64,000 nt of DNA from Rebecca billardiae RCC1528 (lineage: Eukaryota; Protista; Haptophyta): the NCBI GenBank assembly GCA_965240325.2, contig OZ251250.1, positions 868,001 to 932,000 of the forward strand. Direction: 5' to 3'. The translations under genes and the position numbers were made by a program. Positions 10,738 through 21,926 of this stretch are shown here, in pieces. The notes below the pieces were generated by a model. That model was not told the DNA's origin. It worked only from the letters and a program-made list of their open reading frames with translations, and searched no databases. Numbering within the stretch: the stretch's first letter is position 1; every line of letters begins with the position of its first letter.

Positions 10738-13050
10738 GGGCCATTCTGGACCCGGCGGAAAAATTTCCGCCGAGGGTATTCGGGGTAAAAGCCCGTTTTT
10801 TCTTGCCGACGGTTCGCGTACGAAACGACTTACAGGTCGCGAGATCGAACGCGAGCTCATAGGACGCGGACCGATGTCGCAACGGGGCTCGTCGCAGAAC
10901 GCCATCAGCCATCGCCCGTGCTGCAAGCGCCGCCCACGCACCGCCCGTAGACACCTGTCGCGATGGGCAGCGGCGAGGCGCACGGCGCGAGCCATGCGCG
11001 TGTGAGCGGGTCAAGGGCGTGCTTGCGCGCTGGGCGCTAGCGCTGGGCGAAGTGCTCGAGCACGGCGAGGACGGCAGCCAACTTGCAGATGTGGCACCAG
11101 GCACGGCTTTGCAGCAGCGTGCAGCGCTCCCACACCTGATCTCTGGCAAGGGCGGTAAGGGCTGTCAACTCCCAGTGGCGCCGAGTGGCGGAGGTTCTGG
11201 GCCCCTCAACTCGTGCGGCCTCGCGGCCCAGCGGCTAAGTCTCCTGGGGCGCCGCCCTGGAGGGCGCGTGGGGAAGCGCACGCCGCGTGCTCCTGCGGCC
11301 GCGGCAGCGGCCGCGGACACGGCGCGCGTGGTTGGTCGCCTGCTAGACAGCACGTAGTACCCTCTCACGCCGCGCGCCGCGCTTGCCGGCGCCCTCGCCG
11401 CGCCTCAGGCCAGCCGCGCACGCGCGCCGCACCAAGAGCCAGCCGTGGCCACGCGCCAGCCGCCGGCGCGCGCGCGGTGCGCGGTGCGGTCGGCGCGGGT
11501 CGGGCGCGCGCCCGGGGCGAGGCTCACGTATGATGGGCGCGCGTCATGCCGCCTCGCGCCAGATGATACGACCAACCACGCGCGCCGTGTCCGCGGCCGC
11601 TGCCGCGGCCGCAGGAGCACGCGGCGTGCGCACCCCACGCGCCCTCCAGGGCTGCGCCCCAGGAGACTTAGCCGCTGCGCCGCGAGGCCGCACGAGTTGA
11701 GGGGCGCCCAACCTCCGCCACTCGGCGCCACTCGGAGTTGACAGCCCTTACCGCCCTTGTCTCTGGCCAGGCCTTGTACGTACTCACTTCGCTCTTGCGC
11801 GCGCGAGTGACAAGAGCGCCTAGCTCAATGCACACTGGTGTCGGCATGAAAAGCGCGAGCACGTCCTCAGTGAGCTACTAGAGCACTGACAGTGGTCGGC
11901 ACGAGCGCATCTTGAATGGCGCCGGCGCGGTTGTGGGGGCGAATGTACGTTTGCTCACGTCCGGGCAAAGTCGCCAGCGCTGAGCCGCAGTCGCGGCCAA
12001 ACGCCGTTTGGCGTGAGACGTTGAGTAGATGAGCTGGCATGAGTGCACAGCATGACATTTTACAGCCTGAGGCTGAGAGTTGTCACGCGCGATCAGGGGT
12101 GGTGTAGATGTAAGCGCTGGCAACTTAGGCTCTGGACTGCTCTCCACCGCAAGACTCCTAATGAGCACCAATCGCGCTAGCCGCACGGCGAGTGCTCAAC
12201 GTACATGCCATCACAGGTAACAAACAAGGCGTGTCGCGCATTCGCCCCATCTGAGTCGCACGTCTGGCCTTGGGAGTGGCACGAAGGCCAGCACGCTGAT
12301 GCCCGTGCAGGGGGAGCACCAAGCGGCGTAGGCTTCTGAGTAGCGCGTGGATAACAAAAAGCCGGGGCACGTGGGCGCGCGCACTGGCACCGCGAACGGC
12401 ATCTGGCGACGCCGCAAGAAAAGGGTGAACATCATGCTCTCGTGCCGATTCACTCCTCGATGCCTCCGGATGCGCATGCACGTCACGATGACGGTAACGC
12501 GCGCGGGGGCAAAGCGCGGCGTATGCGCAATCAGAGCATTATGCCGTACCAGTGCGTACTTCAAGCCCTGATGCAGCGTCAGCGTACGCTGTCGCGTGCG
12601 GTCGCACATCTGCGCATTTGGCGCGGAGGCGCAAGAGCAGGAGCGTGCGCGCGCTTGGTGACCACGGAGGAAAGCGAATCGCAGCACATCGCTTGGTGTG
12701 GGGGAAGGTGGACCCGCGATCGCACCGTTCCCACCCGCGCGCTCCAGCTCACGGGGCAGCGGGGCGGGTGCGGCGGCGGGACACCATGATCGGCGCCGGC
12801 CGGGGCAGCCCAGTACCGCGGGGCGGGTTCCGACGACCCCCCAACTTCGGCTTCACAAAGGACAGGTCGCCAGATAGAGCTTACAATTTCCATAGTAGTA
12901 CATACGGCAAAAATCTCATCTGGGGGTCGAGTTGAGATTTTTTCCAAACGCTCGTTACTTTTTGCCGGCATAGCTATGCCGGCAAGAAAAAACGGGCTTT
13001 TACCCCGAATACCCTCGGCGGAAATTTTTCCGCCGGGTCCAGAATGGCCC
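10738..13050. mobile_element. Non-autonomous PIF/Harbinger-like DNA transposon
   Basis: 71 bp perfect TIRs GGGCCATTCTGGACCCGGCGG... (10738-10808 / 12980-13050); TAA target duplication (10735-10737, 13051-13053); empty site present in copy 1 (ggcataagttttc). Confidence 0.93.
11147..11759. mobile_element. MITE nested in the Harbinger element; P-superfamily-like ends
   Basis: ~190 bp imperfect TIRs starting CAAGGGCGGTAAGGGCTGTCAACTCC; 7 bp TSD TCTCTGG at 11140-11146 and 11760-11766. Confidence 0.88.
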
Positions 13051-14924
13051 TAAGTTTTCATCAAGGTGTGAGGCTGTCTCACCTCGTCTTTGCCCACATA
13101 CGGCTTCAGCCCCGGCTGAAGCCGTTCTGAAGCGCGCAGAAGCGGGCTGCCGGACCGACTTAGTGAGCGCCCGGACCAGCGCCACGCGCGCGCGCCTGCA
13201 AGAGCGAAAAAAATGGCGGACCCCGGTTCCCGCCACCGCCGTGCCAGCGCCCGCCGCCCCTGGCCCGGCCCTGCATGCCCGCTCGTGGTCGCGCGCCCGC
13301 CCCGGCGTGGCCCGCTCGTGAGCTTGCGTGCCCGCTCGTTTGTCCCAGCTCCCGCCATCACCGCCGGCTCCCCGTCCCCGTCCCCGCGTAGCCGCTCTCG
13401 GCGCCGCCGCGCGGCCGCAGCCCGCCGAGCTGGTGCAGCACCTGGAGGCAGACCATCAGCAGCTTGAGGCAGACCGGGGCGTGCCTGGGCCGGGGCGTGT
13501 CTATGGGCCCTCGTGCGCCCTCGCCGGCGGCCGATTCCGGCCGTGAGTGCAGCCTGACACCGAGCAGCGTCGCACGGCTCGGCGCCGCCGCGCGCCAGCC
13601 GAGCTGAGCCACTGGGCGCGGCTGTGATCTCACCCGCGCTACCCTCACCACCGGCTTGAGCCGAGCCCTGCGGCGCGAAGGCGCAGAGGCTCCGCGCGCA
13701 CGCACGCGCAAACCGCTGCTAGTATTGAAACCAGCCCTCGCGCGCCCTTGTCAGCGGCCAATTGTGGCCGCGAGCCAGCAGTGTCGCAGCCGCGCAGCAA
13801 TAGCATGCGGTCGCCTGGCCCGCCGGCACTCGACAGCCCTGGGCGCGGCTGTGATGTCACACGCGCTACCACCACCACCGCGGGCGGGCTAGCCCTCCTC
13901 ACACACCCGCTACTAGGATCAGTCCACGCAGCCGACTGTAGCCGCGAGCCAGCGAGAAGTGGCATCGCAGCCGCGCAGCCGCGCCGCGCACGGTCTGCCC
14001 GCCAACAGCCTGGGCGTGGCTGGATCTCACCCGCGCTACCACTACCGTGGCCCGGTTGTCCGCTGAGTCTTCGACGTCGCGGGCGCGCAGGCAGCTTCTG
14101 ATGGCATCCGAGTTGGAAGGGGCTCTGCCGCTCGCCTCAGCATCGCGCTCGCACCGCCCCACCTCGTCCGCTTGCTGCCGGAACCTTACAGCCTCAGCAG
14201 GGACTGGATGCGCTTGCGCCCGAGCACGTAACCATGCTGAGCATGGTCCAATCCGCGAGAGGCGTATCGGAACAAGACATCATCTTCGCGCTCCTCATCA
14301 TCATGCCAGCTGTCTCGCGTTCGTGTCTTCGTGGAAGATGGCGAACTCGCAGCCGAGCCGGCGCAGCCCGGTATTCGGTTGGCGCCACCGCCGCGCCGCC
14401 GTTGCGCCAGCTGCCGCGCGGCTCCTGGTCAGCGGGGCGGACAGGGTCAGGTGTCTTCTACGCGGAGGCAGAGACTCCACCATCCGCATCGGCCGCTCTC
14501 GCGCCTCGCATGAAGGCGTAGACGGCGGGGATCGTTGCTCGCGCGGCCTGCGCGATCCGCTGCCCTGCGGCAGAACCGGCTTCGTGCCGCTTCGACCGGC
14601 TTCGTGTTTTAAATATGCAGGCTTCAGACGAGAGAAAAATACCGTCCCTGATTCGTCTGTCGAAGTACTGAATGGAGTTCAATGGAGGATGTCGGAGCGC
14701 GTTGGCCGCGGGTGAGGGAGTCCGGAGTCGTCGTATCCGATGCTGAGCACATGGTCACTGAGGTAGTAGGCGCCCGGGGATGCCGCTTATTTGCAGTCGT
14801 CGTCGGCCTTGGTCATCATGTAGTTGCCCGCGTCGTCGACCGAGGCTGAGTTCAAGTTGATGCCGTAGTGCAGGTAGTGGGTGTGGTCGCCCGGGCCGGT
14901 GTGCGCGGCCTAGTGGCCTTGCCG

Positions 14925-15055
14925 AGTTGAGGGAGTAGTCGCCCTTGCCGTTGAGGAAGTCGTCGTCCTTGCCGTTGAGGAAGTCGTCGCCCTGGCCGCA
15001 GAGGAAGTCGTCGCCCTTGCCGTTGAGGATGTCGTCGCCCTGGCCGCTGAGGATC
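14925..15055 (-). repeat. 24 bp minisatellite, ~5 units, reading GxGDD(F/I)LN on the minus strand; gene remnant
   Basis: Minus strand ggc(c/a)agggcgacgac(t/a)tcctcaac repeated; flanked by stops and frameshifts. Confidence 0.7.
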
Positions 15056-17839
15056 AGGATGCCTGCCCTGCCCGGCTGGGCGCACCTGGCGCGCCAGCGC
15101 CGCGCGCGGCTCTAGGCCAGCGACAACGGCGCGGCAGCAGCCAGAGCACGGGGGGCGGCGCCGGGGGGGTCGGTGCGGGCCTGCTTGGGCGGCTTGGCGG
15201 ACCGCCGTTTGCTTTTCAAAATGAATATCGTCATTGACCACGTACCTTTCACGGACGCGGGACGACGTTCAACGGCCAACGCCCGCCATGCCGGCTCGGC
15301 GCACGCATGCGACGCGCAAATCGCCATCGCCATCACTTTTGGGCGGCTGTGGTCGCAGAGCTGACTGCAGTAGCCAGCACAGCAGGTGCGCAGAATAGTA
15401 GCGCTAGTGCGTGGCACCAACGTTGGCCGGATGGAGGTAGACACCCGCACGCTCGCGCCCGCACGTTGCTGCGTTGGGGGTGGGCTCAATCAAGCGCCAC
15501 ACGAAGCGCAAAGAAGCATCAAGAGGCACGAACCTCCGACAGCCTGCGCCTGCCTGCCTCAGCCAGTGGACTGACGCTCATGGCTCCCTCGCGGCGCCCA
15601 CGTGGTGACCTGGTCACCGCGTGCGCGGCTGCAGTCACATTCAGGGGGCCGCTTGACCGTGCCCAACGTCAACAGCCAGGACGAACTCGATGTCGACAGT
15701 AGAGAACTGCACGTCGACGCGGCTCTCGACGCGCCCGCCGCGGCTGATCGCGAACGCAACCTCCCAGCATTTTGCCACGACGGTCGCCCGAGGACCGGCG
15801 CGATGCCGGACAGCGCCACTCGAAGTTAGCCAGTCACGGTTCGTCTCCCAGTCAGTAACTAATGAGCGTCTGAAACGAGCGATGAATCAGACGGACCATG
15901 CAACTGTGGAACCGGGTGGGCGCCACAGCCAAGTGGCCTTCATCAAGATTACACGGCAACAATATTTCTGAAGGCCTGTCACTACAGTAGTCGTCGACGT
16001 CGGAGCGGTCGGACACAGCCCGTCGACCGGTGCTACTGTACCGGACATTCCGGACTCGCCGCATACTCGACATCAGTGGGCAGTGGAAGTCGTGCGGCTC
16101 GGGCTCAGCAATTCTGCTCAGACTACGAGGAACGAACTGCACTCGTGTACTCTACTGCTGTTCACCCGCTGACTAAGCTGCAGATTTAGTCAGGTCAGCT
16201 GATGAGCCTCACTGCAGCAGGCGACTTTCACAGGTGCCGGTCGTGGCACCAAGTCAGCCCGGACACAGTGCATGCAGCTGCGCCTCGAGGCGAGATGCCA
16301 GATGGGCACCAAGGCGCGTCACAGCGCCCGTCGCGTGCGCTTGACTGCGGCGACTGAGATGGCTGGAGCGGCGGTGTGGTGCGCGCATCTGCTCAGGCCT
16401 CAGTGCACACGCGTAACGGAAGTGACCGCTTCGGTGCGGCAGACATGTGCCGCCTCGGGCCCTCCTCCGCCTGCTAGCGCGGCTCGACTGCAACCGTCGC
16501 CAAAGCCAATCGTTGCCTACTGAGTCCTCGTCTGCCCGCGACACGCGCTTGAATGGCGCCTTGACCGCGCACGCCGATGGGAAGTCCATACACTGCCCCC
16601 CTCTCCAGATCTTAAGCGTGCGCCGCTGGCTCCTGCAGCGTACCATGTGCGATGAACCGGTGGCGTAGGCGCCTCACCGGCCTGTTCTCGAAACGCGCAT
16701 CAACTCGGCAAGTGAGCACGGGCGCACAAGACGCCGGGAAGCCGAGACATGAGCGCCGGAAGAGGCGGTTCCGAGCTGGCGCGCCGCTGCACCGAGCCCT
16801 CACCCGCGCACGCGCACGACCAGAGCGAAGCTGCCCGCGGCGGCCGGCCATTTCCTTTCGTCAATAAAGAATGTCTTCGCTGAGTCAGTGGGCCGGCCCC
16901 ACGCGGAGCTTGGCGTGCTGGGGCTGGGATGGGTGGGTCATCCGACTATCATCATCGTCCGCGGCGCGGCCGGGCCGTCCGAGCAGTGCGCATCCCGAGA
17001 TTCCCCGCGGCTCGCGCGCATCTCATCACGCGACTGCCACTACAAGAGGTCGTAGTCTGATTCTTGTCAAGCAGATTCTTCCTTTCTCTATTAATCTGAC
17101 GCACCATCACTACTTATAGTCAATCTTCAGGCGGCCAAGCTGAATATCGAAGCGAATGCGCTTCGTGGATACCCAGTCTTCCCCTCGTCGTATAAATTAC
17201 CAACCTACCGTAGATTTGAAGCCACAGTATCAAATGGGTAAATTGCGCATATGAGGACCGACCAAAATTCCATATTCGTGGGCCACGTAACGTTTCTAGC
17301 AGCCCTTGCAGCCATGAACCCATGAAGCGGTTTCGGGCCTTCCCTATCCGCCCACCGGCGCAGGCGCGACTATTAATCCCGAGCCAGGGCACCCGCCTTC
17401 CGGACTCTCGGACGAGCGCTCGCCACTAATCAAACTTGGTCTGCGCCTACCCCCGGCGCGGCGCGGCATAGCACAAAGGGGGGCGCGCCTGACTGCTTTT
17501 CGCCTAAGCAGATGCGCCCCCCATCGCCACGCCCCCGACCAGCGCCACGCCGTGCGCAGCTAAGGGGCGGCTGCTTGAGCAGTGCGCAGCGCAGCGGGCC
17601 GGCGACGAGGCCGAGGTGAGCACCGCTGGTGCGGGCGCTCGGGATCGGCGCGTGGGCAGCGTGGCCGTGCGATTCGAACCGCTCGACAGCATTCGCGCCG
17701 CCTGTGCGCCCCTGCAACGGCTCGCTGTCTGACGCGCGCCGCCGCGACCGCCCGCGCCCACGCCGCCCATTGCCCGTGCGCGCCGGCTGCGCCCCTGCTT
17801 GGGTGCTGGGGTCCGTCCGGGCGCAGCTCAGCGGCCGCG

Positions 17840-19519
17840 ATGGTTCCGAAGGGTCTCGTCGGTCTCGCGCTCGCGCTCGCGCCCGCCGCGGTGTTCGGCG
17901 CGGCGCTCATCGACAACTGCGTGAACGTGCCTCCGGTGTATATGCAGCTCGACTGCGACAACGTGGTCAACACCATCCCGCACGACGCGCAGAACTTCAC
18001 GGTGAACATCCCAGGCGGCGACGGTGACCCGGATATCATGTTCAACTTCACGAACACCAAGCCGTTCAACCTCTGGGTCACCGTCAACACGAACGACGGC
18101 GTCATCGACCGTACGCGCACGCCCGCCCAGCGCGGCGCGCGGCGCGCGGCGCGCGTGCGCCACGCCCGCGCCCGCGCCCGCGCTCGTGCCGTACCGCGTG
18201 CACATGTCTGACGCCCGACGGTGATGGGTGTGGGCGTCGTCGCCGCCGCCCGCCGCCCGCCGGCGCGCGCGCGCAGTGGACAACGAGGCAGAGACCATCC
18301 ACATGTGGCGCGGCAACGACCCCTCGTGCGACCCGAGCACGGGTATCCAGCCAGCGGGCGGCGTCAGCACGGCCACGTTCAACCAGCTGTTCACGGGCAT
18401 GAACTGCTTCGGCCGGTCGATGTCGGGCGGCACGGAGGCGTTCTCGGCGGGGCAGCTGGAGGAGGTGCTGCCGGGCGAGGTCATCTACATCGCCGTCAAG
18501 CTCAAGGACTTCGACCAGGGCGGCTTCGACGTCTCGCCCTCGGCGGACGGTTTCGTGCTGAGCATCTGCTGCCAGGACCCGTCGAAGGACACGCTCCCCG
18601 CCGTGCCCACCTTCATCGGGTACATTCCCGGCAACCCGGCGTATGCGGTCCCGCCATTTATCAGCGACGCGTGCGAGGCGTTCTTCACGAGCAGCAGGGA
18701 GGGTAACGACGCGAAGTGCATCACACCCAGGTCGCCGCCCTCACCGCCGCCCTCGCCGCCGCCGTTCCCGCCGCCGCCGCCGCCCTCGCCGCCGCCCTCG
18801 CCGCCGCCCTCGCCCCTTCCCCAGCCGCCGCCCTCGCCGCCGCCGCCGCCGCCTCCCACGCCGCCGCCCTCGCCGCCGCCGCCGCCGCCCCCCTCGCCGC
18901 CCCCCTCGCCGCCGCCGCCGCCGCCTCCCACGCCGCCGCCCTCGCCGCCGCCGCCGCCGCCTCCCATGCCGCCGCCCTCGCCGCCGCCCTCGCCGCCGCC
19001 GCCACCGCCGCCCGCTCCGCCGCCCTCGCCGCCGCCGTTCCCGCCGCCCAACCGCGACGACTGCTACACCTGGTGGTGCATCGTCATCGTGCGCGCCGCC
19101 GCGCGGCCGCGCGCTCGCCCCCGCGGCGCGCGCGGCGCACCGCGCGCACACCGCGCGCGCGCCACACCCCACGCGCCTCACCCAAACCGCCCCCACCCCC
19201 GGCGCGCCACCCCGCGCCCGCTGCGTCGGATGCCGGCGCGCAGGGAGCCTCCCTCCAGGCGGGCATGCAGTCCGTGTGCTGGTTCGCCGGCAACTGCCCC
19301 AACCCGGACTTCAAGGCGACGCCTGTGCTGCGCAACATCGGCGGCCGCAACTGGCGTAGCCTCTCCGAGCAGGAGCAGTCGCTCACGCTCTTTGGCGGCG
19401 CGGCGACTCTCGCGGCCCTCACGGCGTTCGTCGCCCTCGCCGCATACGCCGCCGTCGTCGTCCGGCGCCGGCAGCGTCTCAGCAAGCAGCGCGAGCAAGA
19501 AGTGCTGCTGAGCCGCTGA
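17840..19519 (+). CDS. Type I membrane / cell-surface protein with extensin-like (SPPP) stalk; exons 17840-18110, 18277-19088, 19244-19519
   Basis: Signal peptide MVPKGLVGLALALAPAAVFG, Cys-containing ectodomain, ~95 aa Pro-rich tract, C-terminal TM helix (LFGGAATLAALTAFVALAAYAAVVV) followed by RRRQR; both introns GT-AG and in phase. Confidence 0.88.
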
Positions 19520-20238
19520 GTGTGAGCGGCGACCGGTCTGCCGCGGCCGTTCTTCAGCGTTTGCAGCGGCAATCGTCGTTTCCACTCGCGGCTCCGGCGC
19601 GCTGCACGCGTGCGCCGCATGCTGCGCCCGCCGACGAGACGACGAAGGCGTGCGGCGCCGTGTGGCCGCGATTCTATACGACCATCATATCATCGTCATC
19701 ATCTGCTTGACGCGCATTGGAGCGGGACCTGTGGCGCCGCCTTACTAGTTACTGAGTTGTACTCAGATCGTGCTCAGTGTAGTCCAGCAGTGACGAATAT
19801 ATCACAGTGATGTCAAGTGATCATCATCAGCGTACTGCGTAGCTTAGACTCCTGCGGCTGCTCATGCTGCCAGCCTGCCAGTGCGGAGTCAGGAGTCGCG
19901 GCCGCCGGGCGACGGCGTCAGGCGAGTGCGGCGGCTCCGCGGGCCGCACCGCGCGGGGGCGGCCCGAGCCGAGTGCCGACGGCGGACGGACTAATGCGTC
20001 GCGTCATCATTCATTCATAGAATCATCGATGGGCGCGGAGTAGGATATGCGACCACGACCAGGGCGCAGCTGACGACCGTTCTTCAGCACCTGCCAGGGT
20101 TCGGTCCCGCGATCACGCAGGGCCCCACGGCCCACACGGCCACGCGGCGCCGGTTACCCGGCGTCGGCGAGCAAACCGCCGCCGCATCATCGCCCGCGGG
20201 GCAGCCCCGGCGCACTGCGCCCACCGGCCGAGCGCGTC

Positions 20239-21330
20239 TCAGAGGATGTGCCGCGACGGCCCGCTCTGCGCCAACACGGCGCCCGAGAAGGCCGTCCGCC
20301 CGGCGAGCAGCAGCGACTCCTTGTGCCGCGTGAAGTGCGAGGCCTTGCGCCCGTGGTAGGGCTCGCGCGCGGGCGGCGGCGCGCCCGGCGCGCGCTCGGC
20401 CGAGGGCGCGCGCTCGGGCACGGCGTCGTAGCCGTCGTGCAGCGCGCTCCAGCGCCAGCCGATGCACTGCGACTCGGTCACCGGCTGCGTGTGCTTCTGC
20501 GCCGGGTCGCGCTCGAGCGCGTGCTTGCCCACGTCGCTGCGCAGCAGCTCGGCGGACGCGTAGCTCCGGCCCACGCCCGGCATCGGCTTGAACGTGTCGA
20601 CGGACTGGATGAAGTGCTGCTCGGTCTTGCGCGACATGGGCACGGGGTCGATCCCGTCGGGCCGCGTCACGCCGAGCTCCGAGGTCGAGCGCCCCCGCGC
20701 CGCGCGCTCCGCCGCGCTCGGGAACGTCGGGATCGGCTCGAGCGTCACGACGGAGTAAGTGTGGTCTGAGACGACGGCGCGCGCCGGCCGCGCGCCGACG
20801 AGGTCGCGCTCGACGAAGTGGCGCTTCGAGGCGGAGAGCCACTTGTCCGCCTCGTCGAGCTGCGGGTCCGACGCGTACGGCAGCGGCCGCCCGTGGTAGT
20901 TCGAGTGGCTCGCCGCCGCCACGCGCGCCTGCGACAGGTCGTTGGTGAGGAACTGACTTCTGCTCGTCGTCTCGTATCGGCCCGGGCCGTCGGCGCCGTC
21001 GTCGAGCGCGTACGGGAGCGGGCGGCCGTGGCGGCTCCAGGCGACGGGCTGGCCGATCCGCGCCTCCGTCACGTCGCGCGACACGAACTGCGCCGCGCTC
21101 GTCGTCACGAAGCGGTCGAGCGCGTCCTGCGGTCGCAGCGCGTCATGCGAGTACGGCAGAGGCCGCTCGGCGGGCTTGACGCGCGGGACGTACGCGGCGG
21201 CGAGGTCGCGCTCGGTGTAGTCGTGCCGGTTCGTCGAGACGAAGTTGCCCGCGCCGTTGGCCTCATCGTCCAGACCGAACGGGGCGGGCGCGCGCGCGCC
21301 CGGCGCACGGGGCAGGGCAGCCTGCGCCAT
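20239..21330 (-). CDS. Probable axonemal microtubule-inner protein (FAM183/CFAP144-like motif plus TT-x-F repeats)
   Basis: Four internal repeats (RPLPY...FVTTSAAQFVSRD / YETTSRSQFLTND) and C-terminal DPAQKHTQPVTESQCIGW motif; intronless. Confidence 0.62.
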   Translation of the reverse strand: MAQAALPRAPGARAPAPFGLDDEANGAGNFVSTNRHDYTERDLAAAYVPRVKPAERPLPYSHDALRPQDALDRFVTTSAAQFVSRDVTEARIGQPVAWSRHGRPLPYALDDGADGPGRYETTSRSQFLTNDLSQARVAAASHSNYHGRPLPYASDPQLDEADKWLSASKRHFVERDLVGARPARAVVSDHTYSVVTLEPIPTFPSAAERAARGRSTSELGVTRPDGIDPVPMSRKTEQHFIQSVDTFKPMPGVGRSYASAELLRSDVGKHALERDPAQKHTQPVTESQCIGWRWSALHDGYDAVPERAPSAERAPGAPPPAREPYHGRKASHFTRHKESLLLAGRTAFSGAVLAQSGPSRHIL

Positions 21331-21926
21331 CGCAACGGGGGCTGCTTGTGCTGGAGGCGGGCGTCTCGGCTGAAACCGATTATGTGGGTTCCGCCAAGGG
21401 CGTTCCGCCTTGGTTCCGCAACCCAAGCAAGCCCGTGAAACGACCACCCTGAACCGGGCTGAACCCGAAACCGTTTTAGGCGGCGGCTTTTCAGCACTTG
21501 TAGCCAAGTGACACCGCGGCTACACCTGCTAGCTAGCTAGAAGACTGTCGGACATCCCTCAGGCGGGTGGAAGCTGTGGAACCGCCTCCGGGCCGTGACC
21601 GAAACGGGTGACGACCTACTTATATCGCCGCGATATTCCTCAGCAGCGCCCGGTAACTCGCCCGACTGGCGACGGCGGTGCGCCGCGGCGGTGCTCACGG
21701 ACCGCGCCCGCGCCGCCGCGGCCGCCGTCGCCGTCGGCCGTACTTGTACGAATCTACGCGGCCAGCGTGCCTTCGGCTCTTCTTTCTCGGACGACCGTCT
21801 TCAACTTGATCCTTGTCATCTCCGCCAAGCGCCATCTCCGTCAGTGCAGCGGTCCGGACCGGAGACGGCCAAGCCACTCGGTCGGTCGGCGCCCGGGCGG
21901 AGAGCTCCGCCGCCGCGCCGCCGCGC

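Larger units (their letters stand above)
10698..14650. repeat. Copy 2 of the 1637 bp tandem duplication, interrupted after 40 bp by a Harbinger-like element
   Basis: 10698-10737 matches 9061-9100; 13054-14650 matches 9101-10697 with one substitution noticed (gcaggacc versus gcagaacc). Confidence 0.93.

Noticed and set aside
9061-14650. LTR retrotransposon (two long direct repeats around 2.3 kb)
   Set aside because: No TG..CA ends, PBS/PPT or gag-pol; the interior is a TIR element with a TAA TSD splitting the second copy
15100-17420. Protein-coding genes or RNA genes in the distal part of the first repeat island
   Set aside because: Only short, stop-ridden frames with no recognisable motifs or termini; left unannotated as decayed sequence
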